Origin: a bacterium
GTDB taxonomy: Bacteria > UBA8248
Direction of reading: 5' to 3'
DNA length: 64,000 bases
NCBI GenBank assembly: GCA_965221165.1
Contig: CBDCRP010000003.1
Span: forward strand, 1,120,001 to 1,184,000
Both the position numbers and the translations under genes were made by a program. The notes below the pieces were generated by a model. That model made no database searches. It was not told the DNA's origin and saw only the letters and a list, made by a program, of their open reading frames with translations. How positions within the stretch are numbered: the first letter of the stretch is position 1; each line of letters starts with the position of its first letter. This document shows, piece after piece, positions 1-11,668 of the stretch.

Positions 1-263
1 CTGCTCGCCATACATGTACGGTCATAATTGTCCGGCAAGAAAAAAGAAACCAACCCCAAGTGATGATGCCAGACCGCCCAAATATACTTTTCATGGGGCG
101 CATCGATCACTTTGTCATGAAAATCCGTTTTCGGAGAGACCATTGTTGAAGTAGCGTAGACCGCTTTCAAATAACTCGCGATGGCCATACCGCCTAGCCA
201 AACCGAAAGAGGCGCGTCGGGATCACGTCCCCATTCATCATAGGTGATCGTATTTTCATGCAT
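1..263 (-). CDS. DUF374/LpxJ-like lipid A acyltransferase family protein, 5' part (runs off window)
   Basis: Manual translation from ATG 263 (overlaps lpxB stop): MHENTITYDEWG...KYIWAVWHHHLG...RTCMAS. The W-H and MAS motifs and the position after lpxB fit DUF374. Not in the ORF track. Confidence 0.55.
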   Translation of the reverse strand, partial: MHENTITYDEWGRDPDAPLSVWLGGMAIASYLKAVYATSTMVSPKTDFHDKVIDAPHEKYIWAVWHHHLGLVSFFLPDNYDRTCMAS

Positions 264-1443
264 TCTGCGTGTCCTGTGCACCAAAGCCGAGCTCTGTTGC
301 TATATGCGTCGCGGCACACGCATAGGGACTCACTCCTTTCAAAGCGTTTTGAATTCTCTCAAACGCTTTGATTTGCCTTGCTCGGACATCATCATTCCAA
401 AATACTTCTCTCAACGCATTCGCAATAGGTTGTGGGCGCGCCTGTTTTTGGCACAATTCGGGGACCGCCTCATATCCGGACAATAAATTCACAAGGCTAA
501 TATAATCCACTTGAATTAAGAAATACTTGCTCAACAGATACGAAAGTATATCCCCGGCATATAAAACAACCATCGGCACACCCAAAAGGGCTGTCTCCAG
601 CGAAGCCGTGCCACTTGCCACGACTACGACATCGGCCGCGCGAATCACTTTTTTTGAATCGCCCCTGATAGTCCGTATTTCGACTCCCGATGACTTCAAT
701 CGATTCGAAACATACCCCTCGGGCAATGAAATCGCCTCTGAAATCAAAAAGCGCATCCAAGGTGTTTCCGCATGGATTATCTTGAGAGCATCCACCATGG
801 CATCCATATGAAAATCAATTTCTTTGAGCCGACTCCCAGGTAGAAGTGAAATCACCTTGTCGTTCATCGGTATGTTCAATGAGCGTCGAGCCATTGCTTT
901 AGAAGGTGCATCTCTGAGCTCGTAGGCGATGGGATTACCGATAAACATGGCTCTTCCACCTAAATCATTAAAAATTCGAGGCTCAAACGGAAATATGTTC
1001 AAGGCCAGATCAAAAACATCTACAATGGTGCGGGCACGGCCTTTCCACCAGGCCCATACCTGGGGGGTGATGAAATATATGCACTTCGGCGGTTGCGTCA
1101 GGGCGCGCACCGAGCGCGCGCAAGAAAGATTGAATCCCGGGTAATCTACAAAAATTACCGCTTGTGGCTTTTGCTCTCCAATTTTCTCCAGCAAATCTCT
1201 TTTAATTTTTCGCAGCTTGGGATAAATGCGGGGAATGCCGGCGAAACCAACGATAGATATGTCACCGATGTTGTGAATGAGGTCGACGCCTGCCTCGGCC
1301 ATCGATCGCCCACCCATGCCGGATACCTGGAGATTGGGAATCTTAGCGGAAAGCGCATTCACTAAATTCGCGGCGTGAATATCTCCAGACGGCTCTCCAG
1401 CGACCACCATGATGCCGTTTGCGCAGTTTTCATCCTTGCTCAT
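256..1443 (-). CDS. lpxB: Lipid-A-disaccharide synthase
   Basis: VAGEPSGD, DYPGFN, PQVWAW, LLPGSR, ASGTASLE motifs. Start moved from 1503 to ATG 1443. Confidence 0.95.
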   Translation of the reverse strand: MSKDENCANGIMVVAGEPSGDIHAANLVNALSAKIPNLQVSGMGGRSMAEAGVDLIHNIGDISIVGFAGIPRIYPKLRKIKRDLLEKIGEQKPQAVIFVDYPGFNLSCARSVRALTQPPKCIYFITPQVWAWWKGRARTIVDVFDLALNIFPFEPRIFNDLGGRAMFIGNPIAYELRDAPSKAMARRSLNIPMNDKVISLLPGSRLKEIDFHMDAMVDALKIIHAETPWMRFLISEAISLPEGYVSNRLKSSGVEIRTIRGDSKKVIRAADVVVVASGTASLETALLGVPMVVLYAGDILSYLLSKYFLIQVDYISLVNLLSGYEAVPELCQKQARPQPIANALREVFWNDDVRARQIKAFERIQNALKGVSPYACAATHIATELGFGAQDTQNA

Positions 1444-2260
1444 TTTCCGACCACCCGACAACGACGATGCCAGTTGCGTCGGCTTCCCGTGCGAAACGCT
1501 CACGATCGATGAGAAAAGTTCGGCCGGCCTCCAAGATCAACGCCGACGCACCACCCTCGCGCATCACGTGCAACGTCTCGGGCCCGACTGAGGGTACATC
1601 GTAGCGCATATCCTGTTTGGGGCGAGCCACCTTGCAAACAACAGCCCCTTTTCCAGCAAGAGAACACCCTCTTCGAATCGCCTCATCCGTACCTTCCACC
1701 CCCTCCACGGCAACCACAGTCCCTTTATGGACCACCACAGTTTGGCCTATCTCTAACGCCGCAACACTTCGGGCTATCTGAAACGCATACTCCATATTTT
1801 TTCGTTGATTCTGGCGCAATTTCTTTTTTGTAATAGCCCCACGGGGAGTAATGAGATGTTCCAGATACTCTGTTTGTGGAACCACCTTCATCCCATTTTC
1901 TTCCATAAGCTCCATAACAGCATTCATTATCGTTGCATCGGCCATATTCTTGGCATTCTTCATGAAGCGCAGAGCCGTCAGATCGAAACGTAAAGATTGG
2001 AATAAGAGGCTTTTCTCAACCTTCCCCACGAACCCTATTTCCCCAACATTCTTGTCACTGAAAAACCGGATGATTTTCTTTGGCTGGGTAGGAGGAATGT
2101 GGGAGACGAAATCCGCTTCGCCCGATAATGTATCCTTTATCTCAGAGGACAAAGCCACCACGGACACATGCTTACCCCGCTCTTTCGCACAGGAAACAAA
2201 CTCAGAGGACAACGTTCCCGAACCTGCGATTAGGCCAATTCTTTCTTGGGAATCCGGCAT
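1430..2260 (-). CDS. lpxI: UDP-2,3-diacylglucosamine diphosphatase LpxI (DUF1009)
   Basis: IGLIAGSG, IGQTVVV, AVEGVEGTD, QDMRYDVP motifs; lies between lpxA and lpxB. Confidence 0.9.
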   Translation of the reverse strand: MPDSQERIGLIAGSGTLSSEFVSCAKERGKHVSVVALSSEIKDTLSGEADFVSHIPPTQPKKIIRFFSDKNVGEIGFVGKVEKSLLFQSLRFDLTALRFMKNAKNMADATIMNAVMELMEENGMKVVPQTEYLEHLITPRGAITKKKLRQNQRKNMEYAFQIARSVAALEIGQTVVVHKGTVVAVEGVEGTDEAIRRGCSLAGKGAVVCKVARPKQDMRYDVPSVGPETLHVMREGGASALILEAGRTFLIDRERFAREADATGIVVVGWSENEQG

Positions 2261-2267
2261 GGAAGTT

Positions 2268-3239
2268 TTAGAGCGTCGAGGACATGGATTTTTTCAGCAT
2301 CCCTACAACACGAATGGCGATATCCAGAGACCGCAATTCTTTTTCCGGCTCAGAAACAACATCCAAGACCTGTACCGATTGTAAGAAATGCCGCAATTCC
2401 AGTTTGAGCGGATTGCCTTTATGGACAAATACCCTTTCCACTTGAAATTGTTCGCGATACTTGAGTTCTTCACGTGTCAAATGATGTTCGCTCATCGCTT
2501 GGCGATGAATTCTGAGTTCTTGGTCTGCGTAATCAAGCGTAATGAACGCATCCGGTTGTGATACGGAGAGTGTTCTGATCTTATTCTGTGTCACCCGGCT
2601 CGCGGTAAGATTCGCCACACATCCACTGGCGAAGCAAATCTGCACATTCGCCACGTCATCTCGCTCAGACAAAACACTGGCACCGGTTGCCGACAGTAAA
2701 TCAATTTGCTCATCCACCAGCCGCAAGACGATGTCGAGATCATGAATCATCAAGTCAAGCACAACGCCGTCTTCTCTCACCCTCGGCGTGAAGGGCCCTA
2801 GCCTGCGGCATTCAATCAGGGTGGGAGCGTCCACAATGTTGCCCAACTCCTGCACAGCTCCATTAAAGCGCTCCACATGGCCAATGTGAAGAACCAAATT
2901 GCTTTGGGTTGCCAAGTCAAATAATTTCCGGGCGTCTTCCATCGTTGTGCAAATGGGTTTCTCCACCAGCACATGCACGCCATTCTCGAGGAATATCCGA
3001 GACACTTCAAAATGCTGCAAGGTAGGAACAGCGATAGTAACTGCATCTACACAGTCGATAAGATCGGCTGGATCAGAAAACGCCTTCGTCCCATATCTAT
3101 CAGACAATTCCTGAGCGCGACTGGCATCCAAATCACAAACAGCCGCTAGATTCGCCTCCAAAAGTTCGGAAAGCGCAGCTACATGATAACTCCCCATATG
3201 GCCAACGCCGACGACGCCAACTCGCAGAGGATCCAGCAT
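2268..3239 (-). CDS. Gfo/Idh/MocA NAD-dependent oxidoreductase (GnnA-like)
   Basis: GVGHMG, VLVEKP, GHVERFN, DLMIHDLD motifs; located inside the lpx operon. Confidence 0.85.
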   Translation of the reverse strand: MLDPLRVGVVGVGHMGSYHVAALSELLEANLAAVCDLDASRAQELSDRYGTKAFSDPADLIDCVDAVTIAVPTLQHFEVSRIFLENGVHVLVEKPICTTMEDARKLFDLATQSNLVLHIGHVERFNGAVQELGNIVDAPTLIECRRLGPFTPRVREDGVVLDLMIHDLDIVLRLVDEQIDLLSATGASVLSERDDVANVQICFASGCVANLTASRVTQNKIRTLSVSQPDAFITLDYADQELRIHRQAMSEHHLTREELKYREQFQVERVFVHKGNPLKLELRHFLQSVQVLDVVSEPEKELRSLDIAIRVVGMLKKSMSSTL

Positions 3240-3268
3240 GGGCTTTTAACCTCGCAAAAAACTTACAC

Positions 3269-4051
3269 TTACACGCGGCCTTGATAGATGCCATTCTTCG
3301 AATTCCGCACGAATTCTACCACGGATTGAATTTCCGCTCCTAATGGCACCTGCGCTTCTATTTTCTCTATTTTTTGCGCCATCGTACCCGGTTCGTTGAA
3401 AAGGATTTTGTACGCCCTTTTTATATCCGCTCTCACTTCAGCCGAAACGCCGTTTCTCCGCAAACCAACCACATTCAATCCAATGACACGCAGAGGGTCA
3501 TCTGCCATCTTGACGAATGGAGGCACATCTTTTCTCGCCGCAGCGGGGCCCACCACAATCGAACCCTCTCCAACTCGCATATACTGATGCACGCCAATGA
3601 AGTTAGATATGAAACATTTATTCCCGACTTCCACATGTCCCCCCAAAGAACAATGGTTCACCAAGATCGACTGATCACCTACACGGCAATCGTGGCCCAC
3701 ATGCGCACCGACCATGATGTAGCATTTCCTGCCTAGTATCGTGTTTTGGCCCTGATACATAGAGCGATGAATTGTCGCTGTTTCACGGACAATAGTGCCT
3801 GCTCCGATTTCAACCCCACCTGAATCCGACGGCAAATCGACAACTTGCGCTTCTAAGCCGATGACGGCATTCGGAAAAATCCGACACCCCTCACCTATAA
3901 CGGCAGGCCCCTGAATGGTTGCATTCGGACCGATTTCACATCCATCTCGAAGAATTACATTTGCGCCGATAAAAGCACCTGGTCCGATTTTCAAATCCTG
4001 CCCGAGTTGCGCTGCCGGGTTGATATTCGAAGTGGGGGCTATATCGTTCAA
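3269..4051 (-). CDS. lpxA: UDP-GlcNAc acyltransferase
   Basis: Hexapeptide repeats, HVGHDC, GLNVVGLRR; follows fabZ. Confidence 0.93.
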   Translation of the reverse strand: MNDIAPTSNINPAAQLGQDLKIGPGAFIGANVILRDGCEIGPNATIQGPAVIGEGCRIFPNAVIGLEAQVVDLPSDSGGVEIGAGTIVRETATIHRSMYQGQNTILGRKCYIMVGAHVGHDCRVGDQSILVNHCSLGGHVEVGNKCFISNFIGVHQYMRVGEGSIVVGPAAARKDVPPFVKMADDPLRVIGLNVVGLRRNGVSAEVRADIKRAYKILFNEPGTMAQKIEKIEAQVPLGAEIQSVVEFVRNSKNGIYQGRV

Positions 4052-4054
4052 TGT

Positions 4055-4495
4055 CTATTGGGATCGGGGAATAGCATAGGCGGTGAAAAGACCTTCGACG
4101 GCTATCTGACCCCCTGCAAATGCTCGCCCTTCAAACTTCCACAGCGTCCTTTTGTTTTTCAAGAGTTTTGCGTGCAACTGCAACAAATCTCCGGGAACAA
4201 CCGGACGTCTGAATTTTACCTGCTCGATGCCAGTGAAGAAAAATTCAGCCCCTGGGTCGATCAATTTCAACTCAAAAAGGCAAATCAAACCGGTTTGCGC
4301 CAACGCCTCTATGATCAATACACCCGGCATGATGGGATTGCCAGGGAAATGACCCTCTAAATATGGTTCATCTTTGGTGATATTCTTCTGGGCTACGATA
4401 GAAATTTCTTCCGGGTCAAGCTCTGTTACCCGATCAACCAATAGAAACGGATCTCTGTGTGGGATTATTTCCTGTATCCGCTGACTATCCATCAT
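4055..4495 (-). CDS. fabZ: 3-hydroxyacyl-ACP dehydratase
   Basis: [12 protein letters not shown] and [20 protein letters not shown] motifs. Confidence 0.96.
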   Translation of the reverse strand: MMDSQRIQEIIPHRDPFLLVDRVTELDPEEISIVAQKNITKDEPYLEGHFPGNPIMPGVLIIEALAQTGLICLFELKLIDPGAEFFFTGIEQVKFRRPVVPGDLLQLHAKLLKNKRTLWKFEGRAFAGGQIAVEGLFTAYAIPRSQ

Positions 4496-5499
4496 GATTC
4501 TAATTTACCAATCTTTCTTTCGAGTTCATTTATTTTTTCTGCTATCCTCGGCAAATTCCTCAAAACCGCAATTCGCCTGCGCGCATCACGAATTTCTGTC
4601 GCAGGAGCGTGGAGATACACCTTCCCTCCTTCTAAACTCTTCGGCACACCGGTTCCCGCTCCTAGTTTCGCACCATCTCCGATTTCAACATGATCAGCCA
4701 CCCCGACATTGCCGCCCATCATGACGCCTCGACCAATTTTCGCGCTACCCGAGATGCCTACCTGGCTCGCTAATATGCAATCCTCGCCAATAACGACATT
4801 GTGAGCGATTTGCACCAGGTTGTCGATTTTCGTGCCACGGCCGATTCTCGTTTCTCTTAGAGTGGCCCGATCGATTGTGCTGTTCGCCCCGATTTCCACA
4901 TCGTCCTCAATGACGACCGTGCCCGTTTGCGGGTATTTGAAAGTACGACCCTCCTCATCGGGAATATATCCAAATCCATCTGAACCGACGACAACTCCCG
5001 CATGAAGAATAACTCTGGACCATATCTCCACATCAGCATACAAAACACAATTAGGGTATATGTAACATTCAGAACCTATCCTCACGTTTTGGTCGATATG
5101 CACACCCGCCCCGATGTAGGAATCATCACCCACCACAACACCACTGGCAAGAGATGCAAATGGCCCTACATATACACCGTCTCCCACACGGGCCGTATCA
5201 GAGATGCTGGCGTTGGCGTCAATCCCGGGCTGGAATTTTTGAGGTGGGCGGAACAACAAGACCGCGCGGGCGAAAGATAAACGAGGGTTTTTCGTAGAAA
5301 TACATGGACGACCAGTTTCCAGTCCATGAGGAACGATAAGGGCACCCGCATCAGAGTGTGTACTAAGCTTTTTCGCTGACTCCACATAGCTCAAATCTTT
5401 TGGCGAGGCCTTTTCATATTCGGCTACATCCTGGACATCTACGTTTCCGTCGCCAATCAATTCCCCGCCAAGCAGATTCGCGATCTCTGCCAGAAACAT
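4492..5499 (-). CDS. lpxD: UDP-3-O-acylglucosamine N-acyltransferase
   Basis: [31 protein letters not shown] motifs. Confidence 0.96.
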   Translation of the reverse strand: MFLAEIANLLGGELIGDGNVDVQDVAEYEKASPKDLSYVESAKKLSTHSDAGALIVPHGLETGRPCISTKNPRLSFARAVLLFRPPQKFQPGIDANASISDTARVGDGVYVGPFASLASGVVVGDDSYIGAGVHIDQNVRIGSECYIYPNCVLYADVEIWSRVILHAGVVVGSDGFGYIPDEEGRTFKYPQTGTVVIEDDVEIGANSTIDRATLRETRIGRGTKIDNLVQIAHNVVIGEDCILASQVGISGSAKIGRGVMMGGNVGVADHVEIGDGAKLGAGTGVPKSLEGGKVYLHAPATEIRDARRRIAVLRNLPRIAEKINELERKIGKLES

Positions 5500-5500
5500 T

Positions 5501-6070
5501 TCATTTCTTCTTCTGATCGTACAGCTTTATCACCTTTTCCGTCAGATCCACTCCCGGAGTATAAAACAAAACACCGCCAGAGGTACTGTCTACAATAACA
5601 TCCAAACCTTCTTGCTTTCCAAGTTCACTAACAATATCTTTCACCTCTTTTAGTACCTTTGTCACGGCCATCCTTCGGCGCTCTTCAAGATCTCGTTGGC
5701 TCTCCCGCAACAATCGCCTCAGATTATCCTGCTCGCGAGAGAGATCCCTCCTTTGGGATCGCAACTCGAACGCCTTGCGCTCTTTTTCCTCTTGGCGCCA
5801 AATCGCGCTTTTCTGGTCGATCTCCAATTGCAAATCACGCACTTTATTCGCAATTTGAGCCAAATCATTGCGCCTTTTCCGAATCGTGGTTTCGAGCCTC
5901 TTTTTCTCTCTGTCCAAAGACGAACTCGCGGCCCGTCCGCTTTTTGAAATTCGCAATACGCGCTGAATATTGACAACGCCATATTTCGCATTGGCCGATT
6001 CCACATCACCGGCATAAGCAAAGACAAAAAATATCGATACGAGCAAAATCGATAGTCCAAAACCCTTCAC
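5501..6070 (-). CDS. skp: OmpH/Skp periplasmic chaperone
   Basis: Signal peptide, GVVNIQRV, coiled coil, VDLTEKVI; lies between bamA and lpxD; GGAGG RBS before GTG. Confidence 0.88.
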   Translation of the reverse strand: MKGFGLSILLVSIFFVFAYAGDVESANAKYGVVNIQRVLRISKSGRAASSSLDREKKRLETTIRKRRNDLAQIANKVRDLQLEIDQKSAIWRQEEKERKAFELRSQRRDLSREQDNLRRLLRESQRDLEERRRMAVTKVLKEVKDIVSELGKQEGLDVIVDSTSGGVLFYTPGVDLTEKVIKLYDQKKK

Positions 6071-6110
6071 CTAAACATCCTCCGTACCAAAGGCAATATC
6101 GGCAAACACC

Positions 6111-8426
6111 CTAAAAAGCAGCGCCAATCCCCAAATGCGTTTCTCTTCTACGTTCATTCGATTTTCTATCCAGCTTATATCCAACATCAAACCGCATGGG
6201 ACCGATTGGCGTCACGATGCGCAAACCAACTCCAGCACCATATCGCAAATCACCTAGATCCAACGCATCGTCCTCATCCCAAATATTTCCCACATCGAAG
6301 AAAGCCGCGACTTGGGTCGGACCGATAAAGGGATGCGAAAATTCCACGGAGGCGAGAGCCGCAGAAAACCCGCCTATCGCATCACCCTGCGTATCTTGAG
6401 GGCCAAGATCGTTGGAACTGAAGCCGCGGACAGTATGCCTTCTGCCGCTATATAACCGGCGGAACGCTGGCAATTCACCTTTTAACGAATCAACGTAGCG
6501 GACATTTCCTCTCAAACTCAAAACCAAATCCCGCAAAACACGGATCCGGAGGCGTTCTCCAATATTATAGTATTGCCGGAATTCCGCTTCCAAAGAGAAT
6601 ACATCGACATTTCCACCTAATATCGATGTAGAAATTGTGGAGGAAATGCTCCAGAACGTGCCATCCGTCGGGAAAATAGGTCTGTTCCGATTATCAAAAA
6701 TCAACTTCGGAATAATGCTACTTTCCAGAAAAGTGTCTCCATCCTGCGCACGAATCGACGCTGTCGCCATGGCACCAACGTTGCTGATACGGGATTCTGC
6801 GAGCTCATAAGAAACGAATGCCTTCAAGAACTCCTGGAACTCCTTACCAACCGTTATTCGGCCACCCCGTTTCTCGTTATCGAAGGTTTCATATTCCTGA
6901 TCGACAAAAAACAGGCTTCCTCCGAGTGAAAAGCCGGAATCCCGGAAGTTCGGGTCCGAGTATTCTGCAACCAAATCAAAGCGTTCAGAAGAAAGTCTGG
7001 TGAACAATGAAGCAATCAAACCTTTTCCGAATAAATTCGACTCTTTCAATTCTCCCTGCCCATAAAAGCCCTCGTCACTATTGATGCCAATGCCGCCTGT
7101 GATGGAGCCGGTTGGCTTCTCCTTCACCTCAATATCGATATCGAGTATTTCATCGCTACCAGGGCGCCGTTTTTCAGCGACTTTCACTGTCTCGAAATAA
7201 TTCGTGCGAGTGAGACGCTGACGTGTCAGCGCCAATCCTCTCGCGTTATACAGAGACCCCTCTATTACCCGGACATCCCGACGAATTACATTCTCACGGG
7301 TCCGGGTGTTACCTCTTATCTCCACTTTTCCAATGTATACTCTTCGTCCTTTATTGATTTGAACCGTTATGTCGACCGTATTCTTGTCATCGTCTGTCTT
7401 GGTGATGGGGTTAACATCAGCAAACGCATAGCCACGGTTCGAAAATTGGTTTGTTATCGCTCGCACATCGGTGATTAAGCGAGTTTTGTTGAAAACATCG
7501 CCCACAAAAAGAAGCATCTTCCCTCTGATCTCTTCTTGGGGAATGACATCCTCTCCACCACGAATATCGATTTTTGAGATTCGGTACCGAAAGCCTTCGC
7601 TGATAGGTATCGTTATATAAATCCGGCCTTTTTCTCGATCCTCGCGAATAATGGGCTGGGCAACTTGAACCTTGACGTACCCACGACTCTCATATAACAG
7701 GCGGAGCCGCACCAAATCCTTTTGCAACGCATCTTCGCTGAATATCCCTGAGTTCGTGAGAAAAGAGAAAAATCCCGACTCGCCGGTTTCCATTGCTTTG
7801 AGCAAATCTTTTCTGGAGACATTATCGTTGCCTTCAAAATTAATCGCTCCAATGCGTACACTTTCCCCTTCATCTATCAAGAACGTGACGGCCACGGTAT
7901 TCTGGCCGCTTTCTTTCAACACAGCTTCTATGCGGGCGAAATAATAGCCTTGTTCTTGATATAATTTTCGGATGTTCCGAACAGTTTCCTTCAGGATGGA
8001 TTCGCTCACAATGGTCTGAACCTTCACTGTGACGCGCTCTTGGATTTTCTCGAGGTCTATGCTGCTGTTTCCAATGATTTCAATCTGATTAATAGTGGGT
8101 TTTTCGATGATACGATAAATAACCCGGAGTCCCCCTTCGAGAGACTCCACCTGGGCATTAACATCTCTGAAAAATCCAAGTTTGTATATGGCACGAACGT
8201 CCGCGCGTATTTGCTTAACCAATTCTACGTTGGTGTAGTTTTTCCCTTCTTTCAACTGAACGTAAAAAAGAACCGTAGAGCGATCAACCCTACGATTCCC
8301 TTGGATTTCAATTGCCTTTATTGTGATGGCCGGTGAAGGCGACTGCCCCATCGCCTCATGAGAAACAACCATAAGTGACATGACGGCCATAACGGCGCAG
8401 GACAGCACCTTCGCCGCAAAGTGCAT
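6111..8426 (-). CDS. bamA: Outer membrane protein assembly factor BamA
   Basis: POTRA repeats (IEIQGN, GNTRT), VRGF motif, TPIGPMRFDVGY, C-terminal Phe. Start probably ATG 8426 (ORF open from 8495). Confidence 0.95.
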   Translation of the reverse strand: MHFAAKVLSCAVMAVMSLMVVSHEAMGQSPSPAITIKAIEIQGNRRVDRSTVLFYVQLKEGKNYTNVELVKQIRADVRAIYKLGFFRDVNAQVESLEGGLRVIYRIIEKPTINQIEIIGNSSIDLEKIQERVTVKVQTIVSESILKETVRNIRKLYQEQGYYFARIEAVLKESGQNTVAVTFLIDEGESVRIGAINFEGNDNVSRKDLLKAMETGESGFFSFLTNSGIFSEDALQKDLVRLRLLYESRGYVKVQVAQPIIREDREKGRIYITIPISEGFRYRISKIDIRGGEDVIPQEEIRGKMLLFVGDVFNKTRLITDVRAITNQFSNRGYAFADVNPITKTDDDKNTVDITVQINKGRRVYIGKVEIRGNTRTRENVIRRDVRVIEGSLYNARGLALTRQRLTRTNYFETVKVAEKRRPGSDEILDIDIEVKEKPTGSITGGIGINSDEGFYGQGELKESNLFGKGLIASLFTRLSSERFDLVAEYSDPNFRDSGFSLGGSLFFVDQEYETFDNEKRGGRITVGKEFQEFLKAFVSYELAESRISNVGAMATASIRAQDGDTFLESSIIPKLIFDNRNRPIFPTDGTFWSISSTISTSILGGNVDVFSLEAEFRQYYNIGERLRIRVLRDLVLSLRGNVRYVDSLKGELPAFRRLYSGRRHTVRGFSSNDLGPQDTQGDAIGGFSAALASVEFSHPFIGPTQVAAFFDVGNIWDEDDALDLGDLRYGAGVGLRIVTPIGPMRFDVGYKLDRKSNERRRETHLGIGAAF

Positions 8427-8478
8427 AAGACCACCCCCCGAGGAAGAAGGGGAAACCAGTTTCAATTTTTCAGTGAAA

Positions 8479-10923
8479 CTATAGGTCTTGGACACTGAGC
8501 ACTTCCGTGTCTTCTTTCAGTTCGAATACCAATTCATCCCCAGCCAACTTCGCCAGGATCGTTCCCCCATCCTGGAATTTACCATGCAAAACTTCTTCGC
8601 TGAGGGTATCTTCGATGTGTCTCTGGATGACGCGACGCAGAGGCCTTGCTCCATAAGCCGGCTCAAACCCCTGCTTGGCAAGCCAGTCTTTGGCCTCTTC
8701 GCTCAGTTCAATCGTCATTTCCTTCTCACCCAGCGTCACATTGACCTTGGCGATTTCAATATCCACGATTTTCAGGATGTCCTCATGGGTCAATGGCCGG
8801 AAGATGATGACATCATCAATCCGGTTCAGGAACTCGGGATTAAAGGTGCGCTTCAACTCATCGCGAATGCTGTCTTTAATCTTGTCGAAGCCAAGGCCTG
8901 AGTCCACCTTCTGGAAACCGAGGGATGTGCCTTTCTCAATGGATCGGGCCGCCAAATTCGAAGTCATGATGATGACGGTGTTCTTGAAGTCGATGTTGCG
9001 GCCATAGCTGTCCGTGAGCAGACCATCGTCCATCACCTGCAACAAGACATGGTAGACATCGGGGTGCGCCTTCTCGATCTCATCAAGCAGTATAACGGAG
9101 TAAGGCTTTCTGCGAACGCGCTCGGTGAGCTGCCCCCCCTCCTCGTAACCGACGTATCCCGGAGGCGCTCCGGTGAGGCGGGAGACGTTGAATCTCTCCA
9201 TGTATTCACTCATGTCAATGCGAATGAGAGCGCTCGGGTCGCCGAACATGAACTGGGCGAGCATTCGAGCCATCTCGGTCTTACCTACACCCGTAGGGCC
9301 TAGAAACAAGAAGCTACCGATTGGTCTCTTCGGCCCTTTCAGGCCTGCACGCGCCCGGCGAACCGCCTTCGTCAAAGCGCGCGTGGCTTCTTCTTGCCCG
9401 ATGATGCAGCTATTCAATTCCTCTTCCATTCGGAGAAGACGCTCGTTCTCCACTTCCCCGATGCGCTGCAACGGAATCCCGGTCATCCGGCTGACCACGT
9501 ACGCCACATCTTCATCGGTGACAAAAGGCTCTTCATCCGTTTGGCCCGCTTCCCATTCCGCTTTCAACTCGTCAAGCCTGCTTCTGTCCTGCTCCTCCTG
9601 GTCGCGTAACTCGACAGCCTTTTCAAAATCCTGTTTCTCGATCATATCTTTTTTGGTGCGAACCGTTTCTTCAATTTGGCGCTGAAGATCCCGAATGTTG
9701 CTCGGGAAGGTTTCTTTCTCAAGACGAACCTTGCTGCACGCCTCATCGATGACGTCTATGGCTTTATCCGGCAAGAAGCGATCCGATACATATTGGGACG
9801 ACAAGCGAACTGCGGAGACTAGCGCGTCATCCGTCAACTGCGCGCGGTGGTGTTTCTCATATTTGTCTCTCAGACCCTTCAGTATATTGACTGTGTCATC
9901 GACGGAAGGCGGATCCACCATGACACTTTGGAAACGACGCTCTAAAGCGCCGTTTTTCTCGATATATTTTCGATACTCATCCAACGTGGTGGCGCCGATA
10001 CACTGAACTTCTCCACGGCTGAGCGCGGGTTTTAACATGTTCGAAGCATCTATGGAGCCTTCCGCCGCGCCCGCACCCACCAAAGTATGCAGCTCATCAA
10101 TAAAGATAATCACATCCTGGCTTTGCGTGATTTCTTTCATGATGGCTTTCAAGCGCGCCTCGAACTGTCCACGGTATTTCGTCCCTGCAACCAAAGCGCC
10201 CAAATCAAGCTGAACCACGCGCTTGTTGTACAAAATCTGGGGAACTTCTTTCGACATAATCGATTGAGCCAAGCCCTCGACAATCGCTGTTTTCCCTACG
10301 CCGGGCTCTCCGATCAAGACAGGGTTGTTTTTCGTCCTTCGGGCGAGAATCTGGATGACACGCTCTATTTCATTCTCCCGACCGATGACGGGATCGAGTT
10401 TTCCCTCATCCGCAAACTCCGTGAGGTCGCGCCCAAACTCATCAAGCGCCGGCGTCTTGCTCTTCTCGCGAGAACGCGCCGCCACGGGTTCCCTTAAGAG
10501 ATTAATGGTCTGTTCCCGCGTTTGCTGGAGTTTTACGCCGAAGCTAGCCAGAATTTTAGCCGCCAATCCGTCTTTCTCTCTGACAATACCCAACAACAGA
10601 TGTTCGGTGCCGATATAGTTGTGACCCATCAAACGGGCCTCTTCGACGGCGTATTCAAGTACTTTTTTCGCCTTCGGGGTAAACGGGATATCCCCCTCCA
10701 CGGGGCCGCTCAAACTCTTGGGTAAATTACGCTCAAGCTCCAACCGAAGCTGCTTGGGGTCGACCCCTAACTTCTGCAAAACAGCTATGGCGATTCCGCC
10801 CCCATCCTTCAGTACACCAAGCAGGATATGTTCGGTCCCCAGATATTCGTGTCGGTAGTGTTCCGCTTCCTCTCTGGCCAAGATAATGACTTTGCGGGCA
10901 CGCTCGGTGAATCGCTTGAACAT
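8479..10923 (-). CDS. clpC: ATP-dependent Clp protease ATPase subunit ClpC
   Basis: Clp N repeats, two Walker A motifs ([16 protein letters not shown]), UVR-type middle domain, LGF ClpP-binding loop. Confidence 0.93.
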   Translation of the reverse strand: MFKRFTERARKVIILAREEAEHYRHEYLGTEHILLGVLKDGGGIAIAVLQKLGVDPKQLRLELERNLPKSLSGPVEGDIPFTPKAKKVLEYAVEEARLMGHNYIGTEHLLLGIVREKDGLAAKILASFGVKLQQTREQTINLLREPVAARSREKSKTPALDEFGRDLTEFADEGKLDPVIGRENEIERVIQILARRTKNNPVLIGEPGVGKTAIVEGLAQSIMSKEVPQILYNKRVVQLDLGALVAGTKYRGQFEARLKAIMKEITQSQDVIIFIDELHTLVGAGAAEGSIDASNMLKPALSRGEVQCIGATTLDEYRKYIEKNGALERRFQSVMVDPPSVDDTVNILKGLRDKYEKHHRAQLTDDALVSAVRLSSQYVSDRFLPDKAIDVIDEACSKVRLEKETFPSNIRDLQRQIEETVRTKKDMIEKQDFEKAVELRDQEEQDRSRLDELKAEWEAGQTDEEPFVTDEDVAYVVSRMTGIPLQRIGEVENERLLRMEEELNSCIIGQEEATRALTKAVRRARAGLKGPKRPIGSFLFLGPTGVGKTEMARMLAQFMFGDPSALIRIDMSEYMERFNVSRLTGAPPGYVGYEEGGQLTERVRRKPYSVILLDEIEKAHPDVYHVLLQVMDDGLLTDSYGRNIDFKNTVIIMTSNLAARSIEKGTSLGFQKVDSGLGFDKIKDSIRDELKRTFNPEFLNRIDDVIIFRPLTHEDILKIVDIEIAKVNVTLGEKEMTIELSEEAKDWLAKQGFEPAYGARPLRRVIQRHIEDTLSEEVLHGKFQDGGTILAKLAGDELVFELKEDTEVLSVQDL

Positions 10924-10933
10924 ACGGCCCTCC

Positions 10934-11668
10934 TTACTTTTTATGAGCTATTTTCCCGTCCACCACGGCGATCACACGATCCATTCTTTCCGCCATCGAA
11001 TTATTGTGCGTCGCCACCAAAATTGTTTGCTTGTTTCTTTGGTTTATCTCTCGAAGCAATTCAAATATCGTTTCCGCGGTTGAGGAGTCCAAATTCCCCG
11101 TTGGTTCATCCGCAAGTACTACAGAAGGATTGTTAATTAACGCGCGGGCAATAGCAACCCTTTGTTGCTCTCCTCCAGAAAGTTCTCCAGGCCGATGGTT
11201 CCATCTATCAGCCAAGTCCATCCGGCTTAACAACTCCTTCGCCTGCTGCTCCACCTCCTTTTTGGGGGCACCACGGATCAACCCGGGCATCATAACATTT
11301 TCTAGTCCAGAAAACTCCGGCAACAAGTGGTGAAACTGGAATACAAAACCCACATACTGATTTCTCAATCGCGCTAATTCTATTTCCGAGCAATCAGAGA
11401 GGCTTTTGCCTTCCAAAATCACTTCACCCTTCGTCGGCTTGTCGAGTGCTCCCAAAAGGTGAAGCAGGGTGGTTTTCCCTGCTCCTGAAACCCCCATGAT
11501 GGCCACCATTTCGCCATGACCAATTTCGAGGTTGACCCCGCTCAGAGCCACCACCTCGCCACTGCTCATAGAGTATGATTTCGCCAGTCCCCTAGTGACG
11601 ATAACCTGCGGTAACACACCTTTGGGTGAAGCAGATTCACTCATCTCCAATATGCTCGAATCAACCAT
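10934..11668 (-). CDS. lolD: Lipoprotein-releasing ABC transporter ATPase
   Basis: GVSGAGKT, GFVFQFHHLL, LSGGEQQR, ADEPTGNLD motifs. Confidence 0.92.
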   Translation of the reverse strand: MVDSSILEMSESASPKGVLPQVIVTRGLAKSYSMSSGEVVALSGVNLEIGHGEMVAIMGVSGAGKTTLLHLLGALDKPTKGEVILEGKSLSDCSEIELARLRNQYVGFVFQFHHLLPEFSGLENVMMPGLIRGAPKKEVEQQAKELLSRMDLADRWNHRPGELSGGEQQRVAIARALINNPSVVLADEPTGNLDSSTAETIFELLREINQRNKQTILVATHNNSMAERMDRVIAVVDGKIAHKK

